Source of the DNA: Aeromicrobium sp.
GTDB lineage: Bacteria > Actinomycetota > Actinomycetes > Propionibacteriales > Nocardioidaceae
Length of the DNA stretch: 39,470 nt
Assembly: GCA_052039245.1 (NCBI GenBank)
Contig: JBQGDU010000105.1
Location: 1-39,470, forward strand
Direction: 5' to 3'
The notes beneath the pieces were generated by a model. That model searched no databases. It saw nothing but the letters and a program-made list of their open reading frames with translations, and was not told the origin of the DNA. Positions 8,917 through 17,850 of the stretch are shown piece by piece. Numbering within the stretch: position 1 is the first letter of the stretch; each line of letters begins with the position of its first letter. The position numbers and the translations under genes were made by a program.

Positions 8917-10500
8917 ATGAACGCAGACCAGACCCCCAGCGACGTCTCCCGGGACGCCTCCTTCGACGTCATCGTGATCGGCGGAGGCGCCGCCGGCCTC
9001 GCCGCCACCCTCGTCCTCGCCCGGTCCCGCCGCCGCGTCCTGCTCGTCGACGCCGGAGAGCCGCGCAACGCCCCCGCCGACCGCGTGCACAACTACGTCG
9101 GCCGCGAGGGCACGCCACCGCTCGAGCTCACGGCGATCGGTCGGGAGGAGGTGGAGCAGTACGGCGCGCAGGTGGTCACCGGGGCAGTGACCGCGGCGCG
9201 TGCGGTGGGCGACGTCGAGCCCTCCTTCGAGCTCGACCTGGACGACGGCCGCACCCTGAGCACCCGGCGCATCGTCCTCGCCACCGGGGTCCGCGACGTG
9301 CTGCCGGAGGTCACCGGTCTGGCCGAGCGCTGGGGGCGCGACGTCCTGCACTGCCCGTACTGCCACGGCTGGGAGGTGCGTGACCAGCGCATCGGCATCC
9401 TCGCCACCGGTCCGGCGGCACTGCACCAGGCCGGACTCTTCCGCCAGCTGAGCGGCCAGGTCACGGTGCTCGTCAACGGCGGCGACCTCAGCCACCGCGA
9501 CCGGGTCCGCCACGTCGCCCGGGGCGTCGACTTCGTCGAGGGCGACGTCGTGGAGGTGCTCACCACCGACGACCGACTGAGCGGCGTGCGCCTCGAGGAC
9601 GGCAGTATCGTCGAGCTCGACGCGCTCGTGGTCGCGCCCTTCCCCGACGCCTCCTGCGACCTCGCCGAGCAGCTCGGCGTGCCGACCCGTGACGTCGCGA
9701 TGGGCGAGCACGTCATGGCGCGCTCACTCGCGGCGGCCCCCATGACCGGGGCGACCGACGTCCCCGGCGTGGTCGTCGCGGGCAACGCCGCCTTCCCGAT
9801 GGGCACCACGATCGGAGCGGCCGCCGACGGCACGCAGGTGGGCGCGGCACTCAACGCCGACCTGGTGGAGGCCGACGGCGTGACGGCGCTGGAGGAGTAC
9901 CGCGCCGCCCAGAACGAGCCCGAGCCGTGGGACGAGCGGTACTCAGCGGCCGAGCACGTGTGGAGCGGCGCCGTCAACCCTCGACTCCCGGCCCTGACCG
10001 CGGACCTCCCTCGTGGCCGCGCGCTCGACGTCGGCAGCGGTGAGGGAGGTGACGTGCTCTGGCTCGCCGAGCAGGGTTGGGACGTGACCGGGTTGGACTT
10101 CTCCGCCGCCGGGCTGGCCCGTGCCGCCGCGCACGCCGAGGAGCGAGGTCTGGCCGGACGCACGCACTGGCGTCGCGAGGACGCCAGGACGTGGGAGCCG
10201 GACGAGCAGTGGGACCTCGTGACGTCGCACTACCTGCACCTGGCGGGCGACCAGATGCCCGAGGCGGTCGGCCGGATCGCCCGCGCCGTGGCGCCGGGCG
10301 GCTCGCTGCTCGTCGTGCTGCACCACCCCGAGGACGTGGGCGCGCGCCACGACCCGACGGTCGACGCCGCGCAGGAGCTCGCCGCCGGGCTGGGGCCGCA
10401 GGAGTGGGACGTGCGGACCGACGTCGTCGACCGCACCCACACCGGCCACGGCCCCGACGTCGTCGTGCGCGACGTCGTGCTCTTCGCCACCCGCCGCTGA
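8917..10500 (+). CDS. Bifunctional TrxB-like FAD-dependent oxidoreductase / class I SAM-dependent methyltransferase
   Basis: GGGAAG FAD motif, LATG and HCPYCHG; C-terminal WDERYS...ALDVGSGEGGDVLWLA SAM motif; one continuous ORF. Confidence 0.9.
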   Translation: MNADQTPSDVSRDASFDVIVIGGGAAGLAATLVLARSRRRVLLVDAGEPRNAPADRVHNYVGREGTPPLELTAIGREEVEQYGAQVVTGAVTAARAVGDVEPSFELDLDDGRTLSTRRIVLATGVRDVLPEVTGLAERWGRDVLHCPYCHGWEVRDQRIGILATGPAALHQAGLFRQLSGQVTVLVNGGDLSHRDRVRHVARGVDFVEGDVVEVLTTDDRLSGVRLEDGSIVELDALVVAPFPDASCDLAEQLGVPTRDVAMGEHVMARSLAAAPMTGATDVPGVVVAGNAAFPMGTTIGAAADGTQVGAALNADLVEADGVTALEEYRAAQNEPEPWDERYSAAEHVWSGAVNPRLPALTADLPRGRALDVGSGEGGDVLWLAEQGWDVTGLDFSAAGLARAAAHAEERGLAGRTHWRREDARTWEPDEQWDLVTSHYLHLAGDQMPEAVGRIARAVAPGGSLLVVLHHPEDVGARHDPTVDAAQELAAGLGPQEWDVRTDVVDRTHTGHGPDVVVRDVVLFATRR

Positions 10501-10536
10501 GCCCCCGTTCCCGCGGGTCCCCGCTGGCAGACGGGG

Positions 10537-11472
10537 TCAGGCGAGGGCGCGGACCACGGCGCTCGCGGGAGGCTTGCCGAGCCGCTCAGCCATCCACAGA
10601 CTGGTGGCGGCGACGGCGTGGAGGTCGACACCGTGCTCGATGCCGAGTCCGTCGAGCATCCAGACGAGATCCTCGGTGGCCAAGTTGCCCGTGGCGCTCT
10701 CGGCGTACGGGCAGCCGCCGAGCCCGCCGGCCGACGCGTCAAAGGTCGTGACGCCCGCGAGCAGCCCGGCGAGCGTGTTGGCCAGCGCCTGGCCGTACGT
10801 GTCGTGGAAGTGCATCGCGAGCCGCTCCACTGCGACACCGGCCGCCTCGAACCGGGCCACCAGATCGCCCACCTGACCGGCCGTGCCGACGCCGATGGTG
10901 TCCCCGAGGGAGAGCTGCGTCGCCCCGAGGTCGAGCAGGTCCTTGCCGACCCGCACCACCACGTCGGGATCGACCGCCCCCTCCCACGGGTCGCCGAAGC
11001 ACATCGAGACGTAGGCGCGGACGTCGGCGCCCGCCTCGAGCGCCCTCCGCACCACCGGCTCGAACATGGTCATCTGGTCGGCCAGCGTGCTGTTGAGGTT
11101 CTTGGCGGCGAACGTCTCGGTGGCGCTCGCGAAGACGGCGACGTGGGTGCAGCCGGCCTCCAGCGCACGGTCCAGTCCACGCTCGTTGGGCACCAGCACG
11201 GGGTGCGTCATGGTCCCGTGGTCGCTGAGCGCAGCCACCACCTCAGCGGCGTCCGCGAGCTGGGGAACCCAGCGCGGATGGACGAAGCTCGTGGCCTCCA
11301 CGACGGGCAGCCCAGCAGCGACCAGCCGCCGCACCAGCTCCACCTTGACCTCGACCGGGACGATGCCGGACTCGTTCTGCAGTCCGTCGCGCGGCCCCAC
11401 CTCATAGATCGTCACCCGCTCCGGCAAGGCCCGCGACCCGCTGAGTGGGGTGGGGGTCGGGCGCGGGATCAT
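10537..11472 (-). CDS. hmgL: Hydroxymethylglutaryl-CoA lyase
   Basis: EVGPRDGLQNE, HFHDTYGQ and GLGGCPYA...GNLATED; ATGA overlap with the upstream carboxylase stop. Confidence 0.95.
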   Translation of the reverse strand: MIPRPTPTPLSGSRALPERVTIYEVGPRDGLQNESGIVPVEVKVELVRRLVAAGLPVVEATSFVHPRWVPQLADAAEVVAALSDHGTMTHPVLVPNERGLDRALEAGCTHVAVFASATETFAAKNLNSTLADQMTMFEPVVRRALEAGADVRAYVSMCFGDPWEGAVDPDVVVRVGKDLLDLGATQLSLGDTIGVGTAGQVGDLVARFEAAGVAVERLAMHFHDTYGQALANTLAGLLAGVTTFDASAGGLGGCPYAESATGNLATEDLVWMLDGLGIEHGVDLHAVAATSLWMAERLGKPPASAVVRALA

Positions 11473-13418
11473 GCGTCCTCCTCGACGTGCACGACGACAT
11501 GGCCCATCGCGACCTGGTCGCCCACGGCCGCGCCGACGTGGGTGACGACCCCGTCGTGCGGGGCCTGGAGCGCCAGCTCCATCTTCAGCGCCTCCACCGC
11601 ACCGAGACGCTGACCGGCCGAGACCCGGTCCCCCACGGCGACGTCGAGCCCGACGACGGCCCCGGGCATCGGGGAGACGACGTCGGCGGTGCCCGCGACG
11701 GTGGCCGAGGGGCGACGCATCGCATCGACCTCCTCGAACACCCAGGACTCCCCCTGGAAGGAGGCCCAGGTCCTCGGGCCACGACCGCTGAGCGTCCACC
11801 CCGGTCCGAAGGCGCCCGGCTCGACCTCGTGCGTCGCCCCGGTGGGATCGACCAGGCGGATCCGCATCGGCGCAGGGCCGCCTGCCAGGCGCCACCCGTC
11901 GCTGCGGTCGAACGGGCGCCACGCCGACTCGTCGGCCCGCTCGGCCACGAGTCCGGCCACGGCCTCCAGCGCTTCGGGAGGAACCGCCGGCCGCTCCAGC
12001 AGCGGACCCTCGTACGCGTCCAGCCACGCGGTGTGGATCTCCCCGCCGCGGAACGCCGGGGAGTCGACGAGTCGGCGCAACCAGCCGAGGTTGGTGGCGA
12101 TCCCCACCACGTACGATTCGTCGATCATCGTCAGCACGTCCTCGATCGCGGCCTCGCGATCGAACCCGTACCCGACGAGCTTGGCCAGCATCGGGTCGTA
12201 CGCCGACGACACGATGACCGCCCGATCGTCGTCCTCGATGGCGGCGTGCACCCGCGATTCGACGTCCCCGGGACCGACCCGGGCTGACTCGTCCTCGTCG
12301 AGGTCGAGCAAGGACTCCCCCGCCCACTCGACGTCGAGGACCTCACCGGCCTGCGGCAGGAACCCGGCGTACGGGTCCTCCGCGTACACGCGCACCTCGA
12401 CGGCGTGCCCGGTGCAGGCGATCTCACCCTGGCCGAGCGGAAGGGGCCGACCGGCGGCGACGTCCAGCTGCCACCGCACGAGGTCGAGCCCGGTCACCTG
12501 CTCGGTGACGGGGTGCTCCACCTGCAGACGGGTGTTCATCTCCAGGAAGTAGGCCGTCTGACCCTGCCGCCCGTCGCCCGACACCCCCGCCGGGTCTCCC
12601 GAGACCAGGAACTCCACGGTCCCCGCGCCGACGTAGCCCACCTCCCGGCACAGCGCCACCGAGGAGCTCAGGAGCCGCTCGCGGAGCGCGGGATCGAGGT
12701 CGGGAGCCGGGGCCTCCTCCACCACCTTCTGGTGGCGACGCTGCACCGAGCAGTCCCGGTCGTACAGGTGCACGACGTTGCCGTGCGCGTCGCCGAAGAC
12801 CTGCACCTCGACGTGGCGACCGCCCTCGACGTACGCCTCCACCAGGAGCGTGTCGTCACCGAAGGCGGCGGCTGCCTCCCGTCTCGCCGTCGCGAGCGCG
12901 TCGCCGAGATCCTCGGGCCGACGCACGACGTGCATCCCCTTGCCGCCACCACCGGCTGCGGCCTTCACGAGCACCGGGTACGCGTCCGCAGGGACGGCAT
13001 CGGGATCGAACCGCGGCATCACCGGCACGCCGGCCCGCTCGGCCACCTCGCGAGCCCGGTCCTTGCGCCCCATCAGGTCGATGACGTCGGCCGACGGGCC
13101 GACGAACACGAGCCCGGCGTCCACGACGGCCCGCGCGAACTCAGCGTTCTCGGACAGGAAGCCGTAACCGGGGTGGATCGCGTCGGCGCCGGACTCGACG
13201 GCGGCCGCGACCACCTCGGCGATGTCGAGGTAGGAGCCGACCCGGACGGCGGCGTCCGCCTCCCGGGGAGCCAACGCATCGACGTCGTGGTCGGTGAAGA
13301 CCGCGACGCTGCGCAGTCCGGCGTCGCGGCAGGCCCGGACGACGCGTCGGGCGATCTCCCCGCGGTTGGCGACGAGCACGGTGCTGATCACCCGGGTGGT
13401 GGGGGGCGTCTCGGTCAT
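11469..13418 (-). CDS. liuD: Methylcrotonoyl-CoA carboxylase alpha subunit (biotin carboxylase + BCCP)
   Basis: VLVANRGEIA, IHPGYGFLSENA, GGGGKGM, RDCSVQRRHQK, FLEMNTRLQVEHPVTE and EALKME. Start ATG 13418, or GTG 13427. Confidence 0.9.
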   Translation of the reverse strand: MTETPPTTRVISTVLVANRGEIARRVVRACRDAGLRSVAVFTDHDVDALAPREADAAVRVGSYLDIAEVVAAAVESGADAIHPGYGFLSENAEFARAVVDAGLVFVGPSADVIDLMGRKDRAREVAERAGVPVMPRFDPDAVPADAYPVLVKAAAGGGGKGMHVVRRPEDLGDALATARREAAAAFGDDTLLVEAYVEGGRHVEVQVFGDAHGNVVHLYDRDCSVQRRHQKVVEEAPAPDLDPALRERLLSSSVALCREVGYVGAGTVEFLVSGDPAGVSGDGRQGQTAYFLEMNTRLQVEHPVTEQVTGLDLVRWQLDVAAGRPLPLGQGEIACTGHAVEVRVYAEDPYAGFLPQAGEVLDVEWAGESLLDLDEDESARVGPGDVESRVHAAIEDDDRAVIVSSAYDPMLAKLVGYGFDREAAIEDVLTMIDESYVVGIATNLGWLRRLVDSPAFRGGEIHTAWLDAYEGPLLERPAVPPEALEAVAGLVAERADESAWRPFDRSDGWRLAGGPAPMRIRLVDPTGATHEVEPGAFGPGWTLSGRGPRTWASFQGESWVFEEVDAMRRPSATVAGTADVVSPMPGAVVGLDVAVGDRVSAGQRLGAVEALKMELALQAPHDGVVTHVGAAVGDQVAMGHVVVHVEEDA

Positions 13419-13423
13419 GGCGG

Positions 13424-15028
13424 TCACATCCGGAAGACGCCGAAGCCCGGGGCTCCGCCGTCGTCGAGGTCGGGTCGGTCGGCGAACGAGGGCACGGGCG
13501 CGTTGGCGCAGGCCTGCAGGGCAAGGCCGAGAAGGCGGCGGGTGTCGCGAGGGTCGATGATGCCGTCGTCCCACAGTCGTGCCGTGGCGTAGTAGGGGTT
13601 GCCCTGCTCCTCGTACTGCGCGCGGATCGGGTCCTTGAAGGCTTCCTCCTCGTCGGCGGACCACTCGCCCCCCCTGGCCTCGATGCCGTCGCGCCGGACC
13701 GTGGCCAGCACCGAGGCCGCCTGCTCCCCGCCCATGACGGAGATGCGGGCGTTGGGCCAGGTCCAGAGGAATCGCGGGTCGTAGGCGCGGCCGCACATCC
13801 CGTAGTTGCCGGCGCCGAACGAGCCGCCGATGACGACGGTCAGCTTGGGGACGATGCTCGATGCCACCGCGGTGACGAGCTTGGCGCCGTCCTTGGCGAT
13901 GCCACCGTTCTCGTACTCCCGACCCACCATGAACCCGTTGATGTTCTGCAGGAACAGCAGCGGGACGCCGCGCTGGTTGGCCAGCTCGACGAAGTGCGCG
14001 CCCTTGAGCGCGGACTCGCTGAACAGGATGCCGTTGTTGGCCACGATCGCCACGGGGTAGCCCTCCACGTGGGCGAAGCCGCACACGAGCGTGTCGCCGT
14101 AGAGCGGCTTGAACTCGTGCAGGCGGGAGTCGTCGACGACGCGGCGGATCACCTCGCGCACGTCGTAGGAGGTGCGTCCGTCGACAGGAACCACGTCGAG
14201 CAGCGTCTCGGGGTCCTCGCGGGGCGGCAGCGCCTCCTGCGGCTCCAGATGCGTCCGGGCCGGACCCAGCGTGCCGATGACGGAGCGGACGATGTCGAGT
14301 GCGTGCGCGTCGTCGTCGGCCAGGTGGTCGACGACGCCGGACGTGCGGGCGTGCACGTCGCCGCCACCGAGCTCCTCGGCGGTCACGACCTCGCCCGTCG
14401 CGGCCTTCACGAGCGGTGGTCCGCCGAGGAAGATCGTGCCCTGGTCCTTGACGATGACGGACTCGTCGCTCATCGCGGGCACGTACGCGCCGCCCGCGGT
14501 GCACGAGCCCATGACGGCCGCCACCTGGGCGATGCCCCGGGCCGACAGCTGCGCCTGGTTGAAGAAGATGCGTCCGAAGTGCTCGCGGTCGGGGAAGACC
14601 TCGTCCTGCATCGGCAGGAACGCGCCGCCGGAGTCGACGAGGTAGACGCACGGGAGTCCGTTCTGCTGAGCGATCGTCTGTGCGCGCAGGTGCTTCTTGA
14701 CCGTGAGCGGGTAGTACGTGCCGCCCTTGACGGTGGCGTCGTTGGCCACCACCATCACCTCGCGGCCCGCCACCCGCCCGATGCCGGTGATGATCGAGGC
14801 GCTGGGGACGGCCCACGCCTCGTCCGTCTCTCCGTACATCCCGTACGCGGCCAGCGGGGCGATCTCGAGGAACGGGGAGCCGGGGTCGAGAAGACGGTCG
14901 ACGCGGTCGCGCGGCAGCAGCTTCCCGCGGGAGAGGTGACGCTCCCGCGACGCGGCGCTGCCGCCCTGGCGAACGGTCGCGAGGCGGTCGCGCAGCTCCT
15001 CCACGAGGTCGTGCATGGTGGGACTCAC
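13424..15028 (-). CDS. liuB: Methylcrotonoyl-CoA carboxylase beta subunit (carboxyl transferase)
   Basis: [75 protein letters not shown]-terminal FGVFRM. Confidence 0.95.
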   Translation of the reverse strand: MSPTMHDLVEELRDRLATVRQGGSAASRERHLSRGKLLPRDRVDRLLDPGSPFLEIAPLAAYGMYGETDEAWAVPSASIITGIGRVAGREVMVVANDATVKGGTYYPLTVKKHLRAQTIAQQNGLPCVYLVDSGGAFLPMQDEVFPDREHFGRIFFNQAQLSARGIAQVAAVMGSCTAGGAYVPAMSDESVIVKDQGTIFLGGPPLVKAATGEVVTAEELGGGDVHARTSGVVDHLADDDAHALDIVRSVIGTLGPARTHLEPQEALPPREDPETLLDVVPVDGRTSYDVREVIRRVVDDSRLHEFKPLYGDTLVCGFAHVEGYPVAIVANNGILFSESALKGAHFVELANQRGVPLLFLQNINGFMVGREYENGGIAKDGAKLVTAVASSIVPKLTVVIGGSFGAGNYGMCGRAYDPRFLWTWPNARISVMGGEQAASVLATVRRDGIEARGGEWSADEEEAFKDPIRAQYEEQGNPYYATARLWDDGIIDPRDTRRLLGLALQACANAPVPSFADRPDLDDGGAPGFGVFRM

Positions 15029-15063
15029 ACCGCCAGGTTAACACCTATTAACCTGGCGGTGTG
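15026..15063. promoter_or_regulatory. TetR (AccR/BkaR-type) operator GTTAA-N6-TTAAC within a perfect 16-bp-arm palindrome
   Basis: CACACCGCCAGGTTAA-caccta-TTAACCTGGCGGTGTG; overlaps the -10 (TAACCT) of the liu operon. Confidence 0.85.
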
Positions 15064-15092
15064 GTGCGATGGTCGGGACGAACGGAGCCTTC

Positions 15093-15539
15093 ATGGACAT
15101 CGCGCACGAGACCCTCAGCTTCGACCTCGAGGTCGCCGCCCCGCGCGAACGCGTGTGGGCCGCCTTCGCTGACCCGACCCGCCGCGTCGAGTGGAGCGTG
15201 CCCGACGGCGAGGCGCAAGTCTTCGACCACGACGACCTGCGCAGCGGCGGCACGACGCGCTACCGCTGCGGCGAGCCCGGCGTCCTGCCCTTCCACGGCT
15301 CCCAGGACCATCTGCTCGTCGTCCCCGGGGAGCGCGTCGTCCAGACCGACGTCGTGGAGACGGACGGGCAGGTGCTCGCCGCGGCGCTCATCACCTGGAC
15401 CTTCACCGACACCGGCGCGGGCACCCGGATCGACGTCCTGGACCAGGTGACCTCGTTCGTCGGTGAAGGCATGATCGACGGTCACCGAGCCGGTCATCGG
15501 CTCGCGCTCGAGCAGCTGGCGCGCCACCTGGCCACTTGA
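15093..15539 (+). CDS. SRPBCC/AHSA1-like domain protein
   Basis: IAHETLSFDLEVAAPRERVWAAFADP...DLRSGG...VVPGERVV; GGAG SD before ATG 15093. Confidence 0.85.
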   Translation: MDIAHETLSFDLEVAAPRERVWAAFADPTRRVEWSVPDGEAQVFDHDDLRSGGTTRYRCGEPGVLPFHGSQDHLLVVPGERVVQTDVVETDGQVLAAALITWTFTDTGAGTRIDVLDQVTSFVGEGMIDGHRAGHRLALEQLARHLAT

Positions 15540-15565
15540 GCCCGCCGCAGTGCCGCGGCGGGCTC
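15538..15565 (+). terminator. GC-rich hairpin after the SRPBCC gene
   Basis: GAGCCCGCCGC-agtgcc-GCGGCGGGCTC, perfect 11-bp stem. Confidence 0.55.
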
Positions 15566-15580
15566 GCTATCGTCACCTGC

Positions 15581-16129
15581 GTGAGCGAACGACGAGTGCA
15601 GATCTCCCGTGCGGCGATCCCGCTGTTCGCCGAGCGAGGCTTCCACGGCGTGAGCGTCGGGGACGTCGGCGCAGCATCGGGCATCACCGGGCCCGCGATC
15701 TACAAGCACTTCCGCGGCAAGGAGGACGTGCTGACGCACGCGCTGGTCGACATCAGCACCGAGCTCCTGCAGACCGGGCGTGCGCGCGTCGCCGCCGCCG
15801 CGACCGCCAGCGAACAGCTCGACGCCCTCATCGCGTGGCACGGCGACTTCGCCGTCTCGAACTCCGCCTACATCGTCGTGCAGGAGCGGGAGTGGTCCAC
15901 CCTCGACGTCGACGCCAGGGCCCAGGTACGACGCATCCAGCTGGCCTACATCGACGTCTGGGTGGACGTCGTGCGACGGCTCCGCGACGACCTGACGCGC
16001 GCCGAGGCCCGCGCCGCCGTCCAGGCGACGCTCGGGCTGCTGAACTCCACCCCGCACAGCGCCCGCATCGGCGAGGACGCCCTGCACGCGTTGCTCAGCC
16101 GGATGGCACGATCCGCGCTGCTGGGCTGA
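15581..16129 (+). CDS. TetR family regulator, probable repressor of the liu operon
   Basis: LFAERGFHGVSVGDVGAASGITGPAIYKHFRGKE HTH; C-terminal LGLLNSTPHS typical of liu-associated TetRs; TATCGT 7 nt before GTG. Confidence 0.88.
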   Translation: MSERRVQISRAAIPLFAERGFHGVSVGDVGAASGITGPAIYKHFRGKEDVLTHALVDISTELLQTGRARVAAAATASEQLDALIAWHGDFAVSNSAYIVVQEREWSTLDVDARAQVRRIQLAYIDVWVDVVRRLRDDLTRAEARAAVQATLGLLNSTPHSARIGEDALHALLSRMARSALLG

Positions 16130-16135
16130 GGTCGC

Positions 16136-17728
16136 TCACAGCTTGGCCTCGAACGTCTGGGACGAGGCGGTCGCCCAGTCACGCACCCAGCCCTCAGGGG
16201 CGTCGACGAGCAGCTCCCCCGGCTCGAGCCACTGGAAGAGGTCGAAGTAGGTCTGCGTGACCTGGGGATCCACCCGCCGGAACAGCTTGCGTGGCGTGAG
16301 CTGGTCGAAGGAGTCCAGGCCCATGGACGCGATGATCTGCATCGCGCTGTTGATCGTCTTCTCCTGGTACTGGTGGACGCGATGCTTCTTGTCGTCGACG
16401 ACGAGCGCCCTGGCGCGCCACGGGTCCTGGGTGGCCACGCCGACGGGGCACGTGTTGGTGTGGCACGTCTGCGCCTGGATGCATCCGACGGCGAACATCA
16501 TCGCCCGGGCCGCGAGGGTGAAGTCGGCTCCCTGGCAGATGCGCTTCACGATGTCGATGCCGCTGGCCACCTTGCCGCTGGCGCCGACCTTGACCCGCTC
16601 GCGTAGTCCGCATCCCACGAGGGCGTTGTGCACGAACATGAGGCCCTCGGTGAGCGGCATGCCGACGTGGTCCTCGAACTCCACCGGGCCGGCGCCCGTG
16701 CCACCCTCCGAGCCGTCGACGATGATGAAGTCCGGGGTGCTGTCCAGCTCGACCATCGCCTTGCAGATGGCCAGGAACTCTCGTCGCGAGCCCACGCAGA
16801 GCTTGAATCCGACCGGCTTGCCTCCGCTGAGGTCGCGCAGCCTGGCCACGAACTCGATGAGCCCCACGGGGGTGTCGAAGGCTGTGTGCGCCGGCGGGGA
16901 GACGATGGTGGTGCCGATCGGCACGCCGCGCGCCTTCGCCACCTCGTCGTTGACCTTCGACCCGGGGAGCAGCCCGCCGAGTCCTGGCTTGGCGCCCAGC
17001 GACAGCTTCAGGGAGACGGCCTTGACCTGCTCCTCGTGGGCGCGCTGCACGAACGGCTCCGGGTCGAAGCGTCCCTGGGCGTCACGACAGCCGAAGTAGG
17101 CCGATCCGATCTCCCAGATCAGGTCGCCGCCGTGCTTGCGGTGGTAGGAGGTGATGGAGCCCTCGCCCGTGTCGTGAGCGAACCCGCCGAGCGCCGCACC
17201 GGCGTTGAGCGCCTCGATCGCGTTCCCCGACAGCGACCCGAAGCTCATCGCGGAGACGTTGAGGAGGGCGATGTCGTAGGGCCGGGTGCACTCTGGTCCG
17301 CCGAGGCGGACCCGTGGGACCACACCGTCGGGCTTGGGACGGGCGCGCAGGGAGTGCGCCACGAACTCGTACCCGACGGCGTTGACGTCGCGTTCGGTCC
17401 CGAACGGCTCCTCCCCGTGGTTGCCCTTGGCCCGGTCGTAGACGAGGTCGCGGATCTCCCGGTCGTACGGCGTGCCCTCGGTGTTCTTCTCCACGAAGTA
17501 CTGCTGGATCTCCGGGCGGACGTGCTCGAGCATGAATCGGGCGTGCCCGATCACCGGGTAGTTGCGCAGCACACTGTGGCGCCGCTGCGCGAGGTCGTGG
17601 ACGCCGACGAGCCCCAGCACGGTGAGGGGGCCGGCGGCCCACCACCAGTGCGGCGAGTCACGGAGGGCCAGCCCCCATCCGACGCCCGCGACCACGACCA
17701 GTCCCGCCACCGCCAACCACCGGATCAT
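16136..17728 (-). CDS. FMN-binding glutamate synthase family protein (stand-alone FMN/3Fe-4S domain with N-terminal membrane anchor)
   Basis: SAMSFGSLS, HDTGEG, GAKPG.GG.LP, VDGSEGGTGAGP and CIQAQTCHTNTCPVGVATQD. Start at 17728 or 17737. Confidence 0.9.
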   Translation of the reverse strand: MIRWLAVAGLVVVAGVGWGLALRDSPHWWWAAGPLTVLGLVGVHDLAQRRHSVLRNYPVIGHARFMLEHVRPEIQQYFVEKNTEGTPYDREIRDLVYDRAKGNHGEEPFGTERDVNAVGYEFVAHSLRARPKPDGVVPRVRLGGPECTRPYDIALLNVSAMSFGSLSGNAIEALNAGAALGGFAHDTGEGSITSYHRKHGGDLIWEIGSAYFGCRDAQGRFDPEPFVQRAHEEQVKAVSLKLSLGAKPGLGGLLPGSKVNDEVAKARGVPIGTTIVSPPAHTAFDTPVGLIEFVARLRDLSGGKPVGFKLCVGSRREFLAICKAMVELDSTPDFIIVDGSEGGTGAGPVEFEDHVGMPLTEGLMFVHNALVGCGLRERVKVGASGKVASGIDIVKRICQGADFTLAARAMMFAVGCIQAQTCHTNTCPVGVATQDPWRARALVVDDKKHRVHQYQEKTINSAMQIIASMGLDSFDQLTPRKLFRRVDPQVTQTYFDLFQWLEPGELLVDAPEGWVRDWATASSQTFEAKL

Positions 17729-17850
17729 GCCCGCCATGCTGGCATCGCACCCCGGTGCCGTCCACCGTCAGCCGGTGGCCGGGCCGACCGGCCGACGCCG
17801 GCACGGCGGCTGTCCCGCGATCGTCGTCGGGCCCGGTGAGACGGACCGGG

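Noticed and set aside
10537-12327. 596-aa HMG-CoA lyase with a long N-terminal extension
   Set aside because: The extension is an off-frame reading of the carboxylase gene; ATG 11472 in an ATGA overlap is the plausible start
11469-15044. 1191-aa ORF suggesting a giant carboxylase fusion
   Set aside because: The N-terminal ~540 aa is an Arg/Gly-rich off-frame reading over the carboxyl transferase gene; the real alpha subunit starts at about 13418
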